A stretch of 63,163 nucleotides of DNA from Candidatus Micrarchaeota archaeon (GCA_028867435.1 JAGWGI010000004.1:1-63163); one strand, 5' to 3'. Numbered from the stretch's first letter, positions 19,143 to 28,467 are shown. The notes: generated by a model from the letters alone, not told the origin. Numbers and translations are program-made.

Positions 19143-19256
19143 CTACTTCCTGTTTAGCTTCATCTTCTTTCTTGCCCTTGTCTTGAGCCTGATCGCCTTC
19201 TTGTGCCTGTAGTGCTTACCTATTTTTCTCGTCTTTCCCTTTACGTGTATTTGCAT
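19143..19256 (-). CDS. 37-aa Lys/Arg-rich microprotein
   Basis: MQIHVKGKTRKIGKHYRHKKAIRLKTRARKKMKLNRK*; fills the gap between two same-strand genes with 8-nt spacers on each side; below the ORF-track cutoff. Confidence 0.65.
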   Translation of the reverse strand: MQIHVKGKTRKIGKHYRHKKAIRLKTRARKKMKLNRK

Positions 19257-19264
19257 GCCAATAC

Positions 19265-19798
19265 CTACTCTATTTTTATCGGCAGGCTCCTCTTTGAAGG
19301 CCTACCATTTAGCATTGTTATCTCCAAAATTCCGTTCGTGTACTTTGCCTTTGCGCCCCTTGCCCCAGTGCCCTCTGGCAATGCAATCTCCTTTATATAG
19401 CTCCTGCCAGACACCTGCGCGTTTGCGACTATGCGCAGCTTGGCATCCTGGCAGCTGAGTTCTATGTCCCTTTTCTCTGCTCCTGGTACCTCGGCTATTA
19501 TAACTGTTTTCTCCCCTCCAGTTATTACCTCGAAAAGCGGCGCGCGCTCCTCGTACTCCCTTGAGGTGTTGCTCCTAAGGCTGCCGAACTGCTCGACCGT
19601 TGGCACTCCGTCCTTGACAGTCATGTTTATACCATAGACAAGCGGCGAGGTGCCCTTTCTCTGCTCCTCCAGGCTATTTGCCAGATCCTTAACCAGAGCA
19701 CGGAAGAGCTGTCGCATGCTCTCGTCGTTTGAGAAGAGTTCATTGAAGACTTTGAATGGGTCCTTGTTTGGAGTTTTCGCCATGCTAAGAGTTCTCAT
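19265..19798 (-). CDS. hsp20: Archaeal small heat-shock protein Hsp20
   Basis: PLVYG...G.P.V..FG, IIAEVPGAEKRDI, AKAKYTNGILEI. Confidence 0.88.
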   Translation of the reverse strand: MRTLSMAKTPNKDPFKVFNELFSNDESMRQLFRALVKDLANSLEEQRKGTSPLVYGINMTVKDGVPTVEQFGSLRSNTSREYEERAPLFEVITGGEKTVIIAEVPGAEKRDIELSCQDAKLRIVANAQVSGRSYIKEIALPEGTGARGAKAKYTNGILEITMLNGRPSKRSLPIKIE

Positions 19799-20853
19799 AA
19801 CCAGCTATTTATACCTTTTTGACCGGAGCCGTGTCGAACCTCAAGCAGCTTGTCGGCGTATTTGCCGATCCTCTCTTCCGAGAACTCGTGCTCGCTGCAT
19901 AGGAACCTGATTATCGCGCCCCTGTCCGGTTTCGAGCCGGAGATCACCTTCTCGAGCTCTGCTGATTGTATCTCTATCGTATCCGGCTCGAGGAAGAATC
20001 GCTCAACCTCGTAAGGGTCTGCGTCGAACTCCTTGTTGTATTTCTCCTTCACGTATGCCACAATCTCATCTAGCGAACCATGCTCCTTAACAATTTTTAG
20101 CGCAGTCTTGGGCCCCACTTTCTCAATCCCCTCGTTGAAGTCTGTGCCGACAAGCATCCCCATCCAGATCGCCCTTTTCCTGTCAATCCCGAAGTGCGAG
20201 AGGAACTTGTGCAGCAATATGCGCTCAATCTCCACGTTTACGTATATGTTTTTCCCAGGGAGCTTTCGCCTCCCGGTAACCGTTAGGTTCCTTATTATAA
20301 CATCAGAGCCGAAGAGGAAAAGATCGTAATCCTGACTTGCCGCTGCGTATGCGGTTCCCTCCATAACCATCCGTGCTGCCTGTGCCTCGCCCTCGCTTGG
20401 CGCCTGTATATAAGGAACTCCCATGTAGCCTAAAAGCTCCTTGCTGCTCTCGATTATCCACTCGTTGATCTTGCTGCTAGCCATCGCGTAGCCCCTCGCC
20501 TCCTCAAGCTGCCCTTTTGCCCTGGCCTGTTGCCATCCCCTATATGCCTCCTCCCTCTGATTCGCCCTTGCCTCAAGAGTGCGCTGCTTGAGCAAAGGCG
20601 GTTTGCCATCGAAGATGAAGATTGGCACTATTCCCTTCTCGAGCACATTTATCGTCCTGTAAAAAAGCCCGGAGAGGTGACTTGTGACCCTGTTCTTCGA
20701 GTCTGTTAACGGCGTGCCGTCAGGGCCCCTGATTATCGAGATGAACTGGTAGATCGTGTTGTAAGCGTCTATGGCTAGCCTCCTGCCTGCAAGCTCCTCC
20801 ATCTCTATCTGCTCCTTTACCTCGCCCACGAGCTTGCCAAAGTCTACGGCCAT
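19795..20853 (-). CDS. fen: Flap endonuclease 1
   Basis: AIDAYNTIYQF, TSHLSGLFYR, APSEGEAQAA, SQDYD, GTDFN.G...GPKTA. Confidence 0.97.
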   Translation of the reverse strand: MAVDFGKLVGEVKEQIEMEELAGRRLAIDAYNTIYQFISIIRGPDGTPLTDSKNRVTSHLSGLFYRTINVLEKGIVPIFIFDGKPPLLKQRTLEARANQREEAYRGWQQARAKGQLEEARGYAMASSKINEWIIESSKELLGYMGVPYIQAPSEGEAQAARMVMEGTAYAAASQDYDLFLFGSDVIIRNLTVTGRRKLPGKNIYVNVEIERILLHKFLSHFGIDRKRAIWMGMLVGTDFNEGIEKVGPKTALKIVKEHGSLDEIVAYVKEKYNKEFDADPYEVERFFLEPDTIEIQSAELEKVISGSKPDRGAIIRFLCSEHEFSEERIGKYADKLLEVRHGSGQKGINSWL

Positions 20854-21326
20854 TACTCTTCCCCTTTCTCTATCTGCTCCTTCGTGAATGCTGCGTCCCC
20901 GAGCGTTATCGGCCTATTCCTTTCCAAACCCCCTGTAATGTTCTCGCCCTGAAGCTTTGATGTCAGCTTTATTCCAAGCTCCTTCTCTATCTTCTTCCTG
21001 AGCTTGTCTGTGGGCAGGCCTTTCTCCTTTTCAATTCTCTCAAGCGTGCTCTCCTTTTCCGCTATCCTCTCTGCAAGCACCCTAACCGGCAGCCCAAGCT
21101 TCTCCCTGGCCTTTCGTATCTGTTCCCCGTAGTGCTCAACCACTTCCTCCTCGTCTGCGCCAACCCCGATCTTCGGTGCAGGCGAATTACTCCCTTTCTC
21201 AAGGTTCACGCTTTTGATAATCTTCTTGCCCCTTGAGCAGGACTCGCAAACCCACATGTTCGCTTCCTCTATCCGCGCAAGGTATATTTTTTCCGTGTTC
21301 TTCCCGCAAATTTCGCAGCTTTCCAT
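20853..21326 (-). CDS. mbf1: Archaeal multiprotein bridging factor aMBF1
   Basis: N-terminal CxxC..CxxC zinc ribbon, HTH IRKAREKLGL, TLGD tail. Confidence 0.9.
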   Translation of the reverse strand: MESCEICGKNTEKIYLARIEEANMWVCESCSRGKKIIKSVNLEKGSNSPAPKIGVGADEEEVVEHYGEQIRKAREKLGLPVRVLAERIAEKESTLERIEKEKGLPTDKLRKKIEKELGIKLTSKLQGENITGGLERNRPITLGDAAFTKEQIEKGEE

Positions 21327-21393
21327 CTTAACCCCTTTTATAAGTTGAGTGACAAGTTATTTAAGCGGTTTATACCACTTAGACACTGGTCCT

Positions 21394-22869
21394 ATGCCAA
21401 CGAAAAGCGACGCGATTAGAAGCAAGGTTAATACTTTCATAAGCGTAGTGCTAATACTCTTCGAGCTTGCATTCATAGTCTATCTAGCCAGATACAGCAC
21501 CTTATCTGCGCTCTGGGACTGGGTGTATGGCCTCATCTCGCTTGTCATACTAAGTTGGCTGGTCACAAGGCTCAACAATTTCAGGAAGATGTCCATCTTC
21601 TATTTAGTCGGAAGTAGTCGCGGAATAAACTTCATCGACTCGCTCTCCAAAAGATACCAATGGTTCTGGAGGGCGATGGCCGACTGGGGGTTCGTAGTAA
21701 GTCTAGGGCTGCTTTCACACTTTTTCTTCGGGCAGACCGATAAGAAGACCCTCGCAATCGGAATAATAACTGCAATCGGGATATTCGTTCTGATCTTTCC
21801 ATACTACACCATTGCTTTCCAGTTCATAAATCTCCCCCAGTTGACCTCCATCACCGTTCAATCCACATCGGCATCTGCCGCAGCGCCGCAGTCTGTTCAT
21901 TACTTTGTGATCGGCATAATCCTACTCCTGCTCCTAATCGGCGGATTCGCCCTACTGATAACATCCCTGATAATTTATGTTGCTGCAAGCACGCTGTATG
22001 GGATAGCAAGCTTCCTTGGGAGCGTAGCATCGCACGCTCCAAATGTGGCAGCCCTCTCGGCATATCCGCCGGGAGTTGCGCCGCTGCTTCCCGGGATAGA
22101 CCTTCCATTCTTCGCAGGCATAGTCACATTCATAATTTTGCTAACCGTACACGAATCCTCTCACGGAGTGCTCGCCAGAATGGCAAAAGTGAGGCTCAAG
22201 GAGATAGGCGTACTGATGTTCGGTGCCATACCAGTGGGCGCATACGTAGAACCGGACGATATGCAGGTGAAAAAGCTCAAGGCCAAGATCCAGAACAGGA
22301 TACTGATTGCAGGGATCGCCTCGAATCTGCTTGTAGGCATAATCGCCTTTATCTTTGTCCTGATTTTCGCCACGCATATACTACCAGAAGTAATGACCAC
22401 GACACTCACGATTTCAGCGTTGGTTCCAAATTCCCCAGCTACAGGCGTGATTCCACCAGGTGCCAAGGTGCTTTCCTGGAACAACATAAGCGTAGGGAGG
22501 GGGTTCAACCTCTCACAGATAGCCGCAGATCGCAAGCCGTTTTCAGTAGTCAATCTAGTTACGAGCAAGGGGAACTTCTCGGTCCCGACCAACGCGACAG
22601 GGAAGATAGGTGTATTTTTAAGTGAAAGCAGCACTCCGATACACGGAAGCATTGTAAGTAGCATCGCATACTTCCTCTACGTAGTGCTCTCGCTCTCCTT
22701 CCTGTTCAATCTTCTGGTTGGAATAGCGAACCTGCTCCCGATTCCCGGGCTTGACGGCTGGCAAATCTACCAGCTCAGGGTAAAGAACAATAAACTCCTC
22801 AAAGTGCTATCATACACAACCATCATCGCGCTTCTAATAACGATTTTGCCATGGATCTGGACGATCTAA
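21394..22869 (+). CDS. Site-2 protease family (M50) membrane metalloprotease with PDZ-like insert
   Basis: VHESSHG (HExxH), GAYVEPD, NLLPIPGLDG. Confidence 0.9.
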   Translation: MPTKSDAIRSKVNTFISVVLILFELAFIVYLARYSTLSALWDWVYGLISLVILSWLVTRLNNFRKMSIFYLVGSSRGINFIDSLSKRYQWFWRAMADWGFVVSLGLLSHFFFGQTDKKTLAIGIITAIGIFVLIFPYYTIAFQFINLPQLTSITVQSTSASAAAPQSVHYFVIGIILLLLLIGGFALLITSLIIYVAASTLYGIASFLGSVASHAPNVAALSAYPPGVAPLLPGIDLPFFAGIVTFIILLTVHESSHGVLARMAKVRLKEIGVLMFGAIPVGAYVEPDDMQVKKLKAKIQNRILIAGIASNLLVGIIAFIFVLIFATHILPEVMTTTLTISALVPNSPATGVIPPGAKVLSWNNISVGRGFNLSQIAADRKPFSVVNLVTSKGNFSVPTNATGKIGVFLSESSTPIHGSIVSSIAYFLYVVLSLSFLFNLLVGIANLLPIPGLDGWQIYQLRVKNNKLLKVLSYTTIIALLITILPWIWTI

Positions 22870-22870
22870 G

Positions 22871-23371
22871 CTACCAGGGAACCGCCTTGAGCCTCATTCT
22901 GTGGGCTGCAATATTTGTGAAAAGGTGCAGGGCCCCAGTTATTACGAGTATGAACACGACTCCGTAGAGCGAGGGGGTGTGGGCAAGCGGGTATGCCAAT
23001 AGCAGCGCGAATATCACGAATAGGTACTGATCCATTATCTGTGAGCTCTGGCCAGGTCCCTGCCCCAGCCTGCGCTTAATGAAACTTCCTAGAAGATCCC
23101 CAATATGCGTCCCAAGACTCAGCACTATACCTACGAGTATCATGTAAGGAAATACTGGGGATTCGGCGAGCCCCACAAGTGAGCCTGCAAGGATCCCTGT
23201 CAGCAGCCCCCTCACGGTCTTGTTCTTTCCAAATATCGGGTTGCCCCAAAGTTTTCTGCCTGCGTCTATCGCCCGCCCACCTCCGAAGAGTACAGGCGCA
23301 CCGTTGGCCACATAGGCTGGCAGTATGTAAAGTATCGGATATACCACGATCGAATAGAGATAGTCCATCAA
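22871..23371 (-). CDS. carS: CDP-archaeol synthase
   Basis: PAYVANGAPV, IDAGR, GKNKTVRG, GDLLGSFIKRR, DQ motif, LK.VPW end. Confidence 0.92.
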   Translation of the reverse strand: MMDYLYSIVVYPILYILPAYVANGAPVLFGGGRAIDAGRKLWGNPIFGKNKTVRGLLTGILAGSLVGLAESPVFPYMILVGIVLSLGTHIGDLLGSFIKRRLGQGPGQSSQIMDQYLFVIFALLLAYPLAHTPSLYGVVFILVITGALHLFTNIAAHRMRLKAVPW

Positions 23372-23377
23372 AACAAC

Positions 23378-26065
23378 TTACTTTGCAATCTTACCTTCTG
23401 CAGCCTTCTTTGAGCCTCCACCGACAAATCCCTTCTTGCCGAGCTTCTCTTTTGCGTATTCTATCGCGCTTTTGCCTGAGGCCTCACCGCATGCGCAGAA
23501 AACCTCTCCGGAAGAATTGGCCAGCAGCACAACCGCCTTCTTGTTTTTGTCTACTATTGATGATGCGATCTTCCTCATCATCTCCTTTGGCGCCTTTCCA
23601 AGCTCCATTTCCACACTATCCTTTGCCGAGAACTGCTCTGCAAAGATATTGGCTATGGCCTCATTGGCAAGATTGAGCTTCTTGAACATCTCCGCATACG
23701 CCTCGCGCGAGGCCTTCACTGCACCAAAGCTCTTCATCCTCTCTACATTCATCTCCTGCGCGATTGCGCCAAGCTCGGCGTTCTCCTTGTCGAAATAGTC
23801 AAGGGCAGCAGGCCCTGCAACGAATTCGACCCTGTCCACACCATCATGTATTCTTAAAGTGTCTATTATGCCCACCATTCCTATTCTGCTCTCCCTCCCG
23901 ACAAGGTGAAGCCCACCGCATGCCTGTGCGTCGAACACCTTGCCGCCCTTATCAGCGATGGTGACTATTCGCATCTTCTTTGCAGGCACTCCGTGCCCCT
24001 GATAAATCACAAATCCAAATCTGGACTCTGCATCTCCCCTGTCAAGCCACTCCACATCCACCTTTATCCCATCTGCTATATGGCCATTTGCAACTCTCTC
24101 TATTCTCAAAACCTCATCATTGCTTAGCTTGTCGTAGTGCGTGAGGTCTATCCTCGCCTTTGCGTAGTCCTTGAGCGTTCCCTCCTGCCAAATGTGCTTA
24201 CCAAGCACCTCCCTTGAAGATGCGTTCATCAGATGCGTAGCGGTGTGGTGTATCATAAGCCTATTTCTCCTGTCCTCATCAACAATCGCCTTCACCATTG
24301 ATCCCGCGGCAAATTTTTTGTCATGACCCACATCTTTCTCCATTACGTGAACCACAATATCCCCTATCTTCTGCGCGTCGATCACCTTGGCCTCTGCTAT
24401 TGTTCCATGGTCTGCAAGCTGCCCTCCGCCTTCAGGATAGAACGGCGTCTTGTCTAGCGCTACATAGTTCTTGCTTGCAAAGAGCACCTTTGCATCAGCC
24501 TTGAGCGCGTAATCGTAGTAGAGCTGCTCGGTTTTTGCAAGCTTGGGCAACTCTATGCCGATTTTTGTGGCCTTGACCTTTTTTGCAAAATCGCCTTCAA
24601 GTATCGATTCGTACCAGTTCTGCGGCATCTCAAGATGCATGCCCCTTTGCGCAGCAACTTCGATTAGCAGTTCCGGAGTCACGCCATAACTCTCGTAGAG
24701 CAATCGCAGCTCCTTTGGCCCGAACTTCTTGTTCTTGGAAAGCATGCCCTCTATTATCTTTGAGGAGTTCTGCTTGCTCCTTTCGTACCTCTCCTTCTCG
24801 ATTGCGACAACCTTTTCAAGTGTGTCAAGGCTTCTGGAGAGTTCAGGATACAGGGGCAGTAGCGATTGTGCCTCAAGTCTTGCTATCTCGGTTATGCTCA
24901 CGTCGAATCTGTACTTTTCTATGAATCCCAGTGCCCTCCTCAGTATTATCCTAAGGTTATAGCCTCCACCGATGTTCGAGGGCAGCGCCCCGTCGGAAAT
25001 CGCAAAGAGCAGGCTCCTTGTATGGTCGAGTATCGCATAGAAAGCATGCAGGGGTTTGAGCCTCTTTTCGTAATCATCTAGCTTTATCCCCTCCTCCTTC
25101 AGTATCTGTACAAGCCTACTCTTTGCCTCCTTTGCCTCTGTTATATCTAGCTCGCCTGAGACCGCTGCAAACTTGCGAAACAGCGGGTCGTCAAAATCAA
25201 GATTCAGCCTCTTCCCAAATTTTTCTATCTCGCCGCTAAATACCGCCCTGTAGGCATTGTCATATCCAGTGTAGAACCACAGTAGCCTGTCAAATCCCCA
25301 TCCAACATCCACCACCCTTCCCTTCAGCTCGCTTATCTTTCCGTTAACGCACTCGAACTGCGTGAAAACGCTGTTCACCAACTCTATCCCGTTTGCAAAG
25401 CTCTCAAGGCATGGACCAAACTCCGAGAAGTCCCCCATAGCCCAGACGTCCTCATGATACACTAAGTCACCTTTCTTAACCCCTAGTACCTCTGTGAGGA
25501 ATTTGTAGTTGAGCTCTATGCACTTCTCCCTCCAGTATCCGTTGTTCGGATAGTCAAAGGAGTGCTGCCCTGCCATCATGAATCCTGTGAAGTGCTTTCC
25601 TGTGACTCCCACATTCTCTATGTCGCTGAACCTAAGGCAGATCTGCGGCACAACCAGAGGATTTGCAGCATACTCGAATCCCATATTGCCGTTTTCTATC
25701 CTCTGGAAATCCTGTATGCTTGCAATCGTGAAATATAGATCCTGGCGCCACCTGCTAACCACAGGGTATCTTGGAACTTCGGTGTGCCCGTTTTTCCTAA
25801 AGAACTCCGCATACTTCTTCCAGAACTCAACGTAGCTTATCTTCACCGGCTTTGCCTTGAAGAAGCTGTAGGCTTCATGCTCTCCGCACGCATCCCTCTT
25901 TTTTGTGCTCCAGAAGTTCTTGCCGCACTTTAAGCACTTGTATCTTTCGAATCCCTCCTTCCCGAAGAGCTCTACCCAGTAGTACTCCTTGTAACTCTTG
26001 CCAAACTCTGCCCTGAGCGAGTCCTTGTCAAGTTTTTCCACTTTTGGTATCATCCCTTCCACCAT
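23378..26065 (-). CDS. alaS: Alanine--tRNA ligase
   Basis: FTIASIQDFQ, QICLRF.DI.NVG.TG.H, DHTR, HHTATH editing motif, CGGLH, GGG end; start 26065 or 26053. Confidence 0.96.
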   Translation of the reverse strand: MVEGMIPKVEKLDKDSLRAEFGKSYKEYYWVELFGKEGFERYKCLKCGKNFWSTKKRDACGEHEAYSFFKAKPVKISYVEFWKKYAEFFRKNGHTEVPRYPVVSRWRQDLYFTIASIQDFQRIENGNMGFEYAANPLVVPQICLRFSDIENVGVTGKHFTGFMMAGQHSFDYPNNGYWREKCIELNYKFLTEVLGVKKGDLVYHEDVWAMGDFSEFGPCLESFANGIELVNSVFTQFECVNGKISELKGRVVDVGWGFDRLLWFYTGYDNAYRAVFSGEIEKFGKRLNLDFDDPLFRKFAAVSGELDITEAKEAKSRLVQILKEEGIKLDDYEKRLKPLHAFYAILDHTRSLLFAISDGALPSNIGGGYNLRIILRRALGFIEKYRFDVSITEIARLEAQSLLPLYPELSRSLDTLEKVVAIEKERYERSKQNSSKIIEGMLSKNKKFGPKELRLLYESYGVTPELLIEVAAQRGMHLEMPQNWYESILEGDFAKKVKATKIGIELPKLAKTEQLYYDYALKADAKVLFASKNYVALDKTPFYPEGGGQLADHGTIAEAKVIDAQKIGDIVVHVMEKDVGHDKKFAAGSMVKAIVDEDRRNRLMIHHTATHLMNASSREVLGKHIWQEGTLKDYAKARIDLTHYDKLSNDEVLRIERVANGHIADGIKVDVEWLDRGDAESRFGFVIYQGHGVPAKKMRIVTIADKGGKVFDAQACGGLHLVGRESRIGMVGIIDTLRIHDGVDRVEFVAGPAALDYFDKENAELGAIAQEMNVERMKSFGAVKASREAYAEMFKKLNLANEAIANIFAEQFSAKDSVEMELGKAPKEMMRKIASSIVDKNKKAVVLLANSSGEVFCACGEASGKSAIEYAKEKLGKKGFVGGGSKKAAEGKIAK

Positions 26066-26946
26066 ACCTTGCACTCTTTGCCGTAGAATCTGCAGAAGTT
26101 GCACTTCCACGACTCCTCTGTCACGACAGGCCTTGCGGGGCGCTCCCCGGTCCAGTAGCCCATCGCGTCAAACAGAATCTTATCGAAATCATCTTTATTA
26201 TACTCTACGCTGACCGTGGCGAACTTCTCCCCGGTCTGCCTGTCAACGTAAGAGAGTTCCAGAGTGTCGCTTATCTGCGGGAGTTTTGCAATCTGCTCAT
26301 ATACCATCCCGTAAATGGTATTGAAGCCGCGTATGCCCTTGTCTATCCCGAGCAGATCTAGCTGCGAGAGGAACTTATCCGAAAGCTTCATCTTGGCTAT
26401 GCCATATGCGTTGTAGAAGTTCTGGTAGGTGTAGTTTCCATTCTTGATATCATCGAGCAGCCTCCTGTATAGCATTATCTGAACCTTGTGCGTCCTCATA
26501 GTGGTCTCGCTTATCTCCCTCGCGTTCTTTGTGGATCCCAATTTTGCGTTGAGGGACTTTGTCTTGGTCTCAACTATAACCACCTTGCCCCCGACTTTGC
26601 GCAGCTCGTCTATCTTGCCTGATATCTTGAAGCCGTTTATCGAGCCGTAGACCTTTATCTCCCTGCCGATGCCCTTCTCGTTTAGGCTTTTGAGCGAAAG
26701 GTAGTTCTCATAAGCCTCTTTGTATAGGAAATCTGCGTAGCCCTGCGGTTCGATGCTAATAGTGGTTGCCACCTCGTCCTGGAGCTCCTTGTGCACCTTC
26801 TTCCCGCTCTTCATGGCCTCGGTGAACTCTCGCCCGTGGATGTAGCCAAGCTCCATCTGCAGCTCGCACCAGAACTGGCCGGCTATGTCGGTAGAAGAAA
26901 TGCTGTTTTTCTTTAGCCTATCAAGCACGCCCCTCTTAGCATCCAT
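26050..26946 (-). CDS. Solo Cas4/Exo5-like PD-(D/E)XK nuclease with Fe-S cysteines
   Basis: FWCELQ, G..H, GKIDEL..IVETKT, Q.MLY, C-terminal CNFCRFY..EC. Confidence 0.8.
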   Translation of the reverse strand: MDAKRGVLDRLKKNSISSTDIAGQFWCELQMELGYIHGREFTEAMKSGKKVHKELQDEVATTISIEPQGYADFLYKEAYENYLSLKSLNEKGIGREIKVYGSINGFKISGKIDELRKVGGKVVIVETKTKSLNAKLGSTKNAREISETTMRTHKVQIMLYRRLLDDIKNGNYTYQNFYNAYGIAKMKLSDKFLSQLDLLGIDKGIRGFNTIYGMVYEQIAKLPQISDTLELSYVDRQTGEKFATVSVEYNKDDFDKILFDAMGYWTGERPARPVVTEESWKCNFCRFYGKECKVWWKG

Positions 26947-27059
26947 GCAAGCACCATACTGGCATACAATCACAGCAAAAGCCTGGGCGATTGCCTTTCG
27001 CCCTCGTCACATCAGATTTCGGTAACTAAGCTTAATAGTCTTTGCGAGCTCTAATCCGC

Positions 27060-27290
27060 GACACTGTACCACAATACGAATGATATCAACGTCAAATGAG
27101 AATTGATGTATTCCGTTGACTGTTTTATCGGAATTCCCATCGATCGGTTTCATACTTTTCATCGTTATACTCGATGAGGCCTGCCTTTTTCAATGGGGTC
27201 ATGCTTAGTGACATGTGATCCCTGATAAAGTTGTAGTAGATCAGGAGCATGTTCACCTGCAGCAGGCCCCTCCTGCAGCCTGCCATGCGG
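27060..27290 (-). mobile_element. Decayed IS6-like element: terminal IR plus 3' transposase fragment
   Basis: GACACTGTACCACAA terminus; reverse strand encodes IYYNFIRDHMSLSMTPLKKAG; about 83% identical (hand count) to 63018-63163; 1-nt deletion gives an early stop. Confidence 0.8.
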
Positions 27291-27297
27291 CTACCTT

Positions 27298-27714
27298 CTA
27301 AATCTTCTGCATCTCTTCGACCATCCTCTTCGCGGCCTCAACTGCCCTTTGCGCAGATGGTTTTATCCTCTGCTCTGCCTGTGAGTGGGTCATATCAGGG
27401 CCGGTGATCCCAAGAGCCACGGGTTTTCCGCGCTTTACTGAGATCATCGCAATTGCATTTGCTGTGGAATTCGCAATCAGCTCGTCATGCTTTGTATCCC
27501 CCTTTATCACCGCCCCTAGCATAACCACTGCGTCAATCTCCTTCTTTGAAAGCAGCGCATCCACAATAAGTGGCATGTCAAATACTCCCGGAACCTTTGA
27601 GATACAAAAAACCTCTATTCCAAGCTCCCCCGCTTTCTCAAGCGCTGCATCAAGCATTTTTAGCGTTATCTCATCATTGAACTGTGCGACAACAATCCCA
27701 ATTTTAATAGCCAT
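27298..27714 (-). CDS. ribH: 6,7-dimethyl-8-ribityllumazine synthase
   Basis: IGIVVAQFN, VPGVFDMP, LGAVIKGDTKH, KPVALGITGP. Confidence 0.95.
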   Translation of the reverse strand: MAIKIGIVVAQFNDEITLKMLDAALEKAGELGIEVFCISKVPGVFDMPLIVDALLSKKEIDAVVMLGAVIKGDTKHDELIANSTANAIAMISVKRGKPVALGITGPDMTHSQAEQRIKPSAQRAVEAAKRMVEEMQKI

Positions 27715-27743
27715 TACAATCACATATCCTGCTCCAAGAAATC

Positions 27744-28340
27744 TCATAACCTTTTCCTAGAGAGTGCGTACTTCCTGAGCACGTCGGTTTCGATGTTCAC
27801 GATGTCTCCTACCTTTCTTGATGCAAGGTTGGTCACCTTCATCGTATGGGGTATTATTGCAGTCGATAAGAAATCCCTTCCGCAATCAACAACCGTAAGG
27901 CTGATCCCATCGACAGCTATCGATCCCTTACTTACTGCAGCCCAGTAGAGCTCCTTTGGAAGCTCTATCCGGATCATGGTCTGGTTTTTCTGCTTCTGGA
28001 TTTTTGATATCTTGCCTGTTCCATCCACATGCCCGAGCACGAAGTGTCCTTCAATCCTCTGTCCCGGTCGCAGGCTCCTCTCTATATTGACCTTTGAGCC
28101 AGGTACAAGACCTCCTATATTCGTCCTTTTGATTGTCTCACTCATCACTTCGAAAGTCGCCATATCATTGCTGGTTCTTATCGCGGTTAGGCAGACTCCG
28201 TTGATTGCGACGCTGTCCCCGTCATGTAGCCCCAGGGAAGACTTGCCAATGGCTACGCTAAGTATCATTGCACTACCGTGCCTTTTCCCCCTCTCCACCT
28301 TGCCGACCTTGCCAAGGCACTCCACTATACCGGTAAACAT
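27744..28340 (-). CDS. ribE: Riboflavin synthase, bacterial/eukaryotic trimeric type
   Basis: MFTGIVE, GDSVAINGVCLT, VNIERS, GH.V.GHVDG, KGSIAVDGISLTV. Confidence 0.95.
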   Translation of the reverse strand: MFTGIVECLGKVGKVERGKRHGSAMILSVAIGKSSLGLHDGDSVAINGVCLTAIRTSNDMATFEVMSETIKRTNIGGLVPGSKVNIERSLRPGQRIEGHFVLGHVDGTGKISKIQKQKNQTMIRIELPKELYWAAVSKGSIAVDGISLTVVDCGRDFLSTAIIPHTMKVTNLASRKVGDIVNIETDVLRKYALSRKRL

Positions 28341-28376
28341 ACCGCTCCACGCACCAGTTAGAACTTAGAAAGATTG

Positions 28377-28431
28377 TCAGACCGCCTATCAATCGTCACA
28401 GCAAAAGCTCAGCGATTACCTCTGTCATCAC
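28377..28431 (-). ncRNA. Box C/D methylation-guide sRNA
   Basis: GTGATGA (C) - 12 nt - CTGA (D') - GCTTTTGCT - GTGACGA (C') - 12 nt - CTGA (D), with canonical archaeal spacing. Confidence 0.85.
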
Positions 28432-28467
28432 TCGTATTTTTATTTGTTAATAAGATTAATAGACCTT

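Noticed and set aside
26050-27290. Casposon or Cas4-carrying mobile element
   Set aside because: No Cas1 or PolB; the adjacent relic is IS6-like and the nuclease is coupled to alaS
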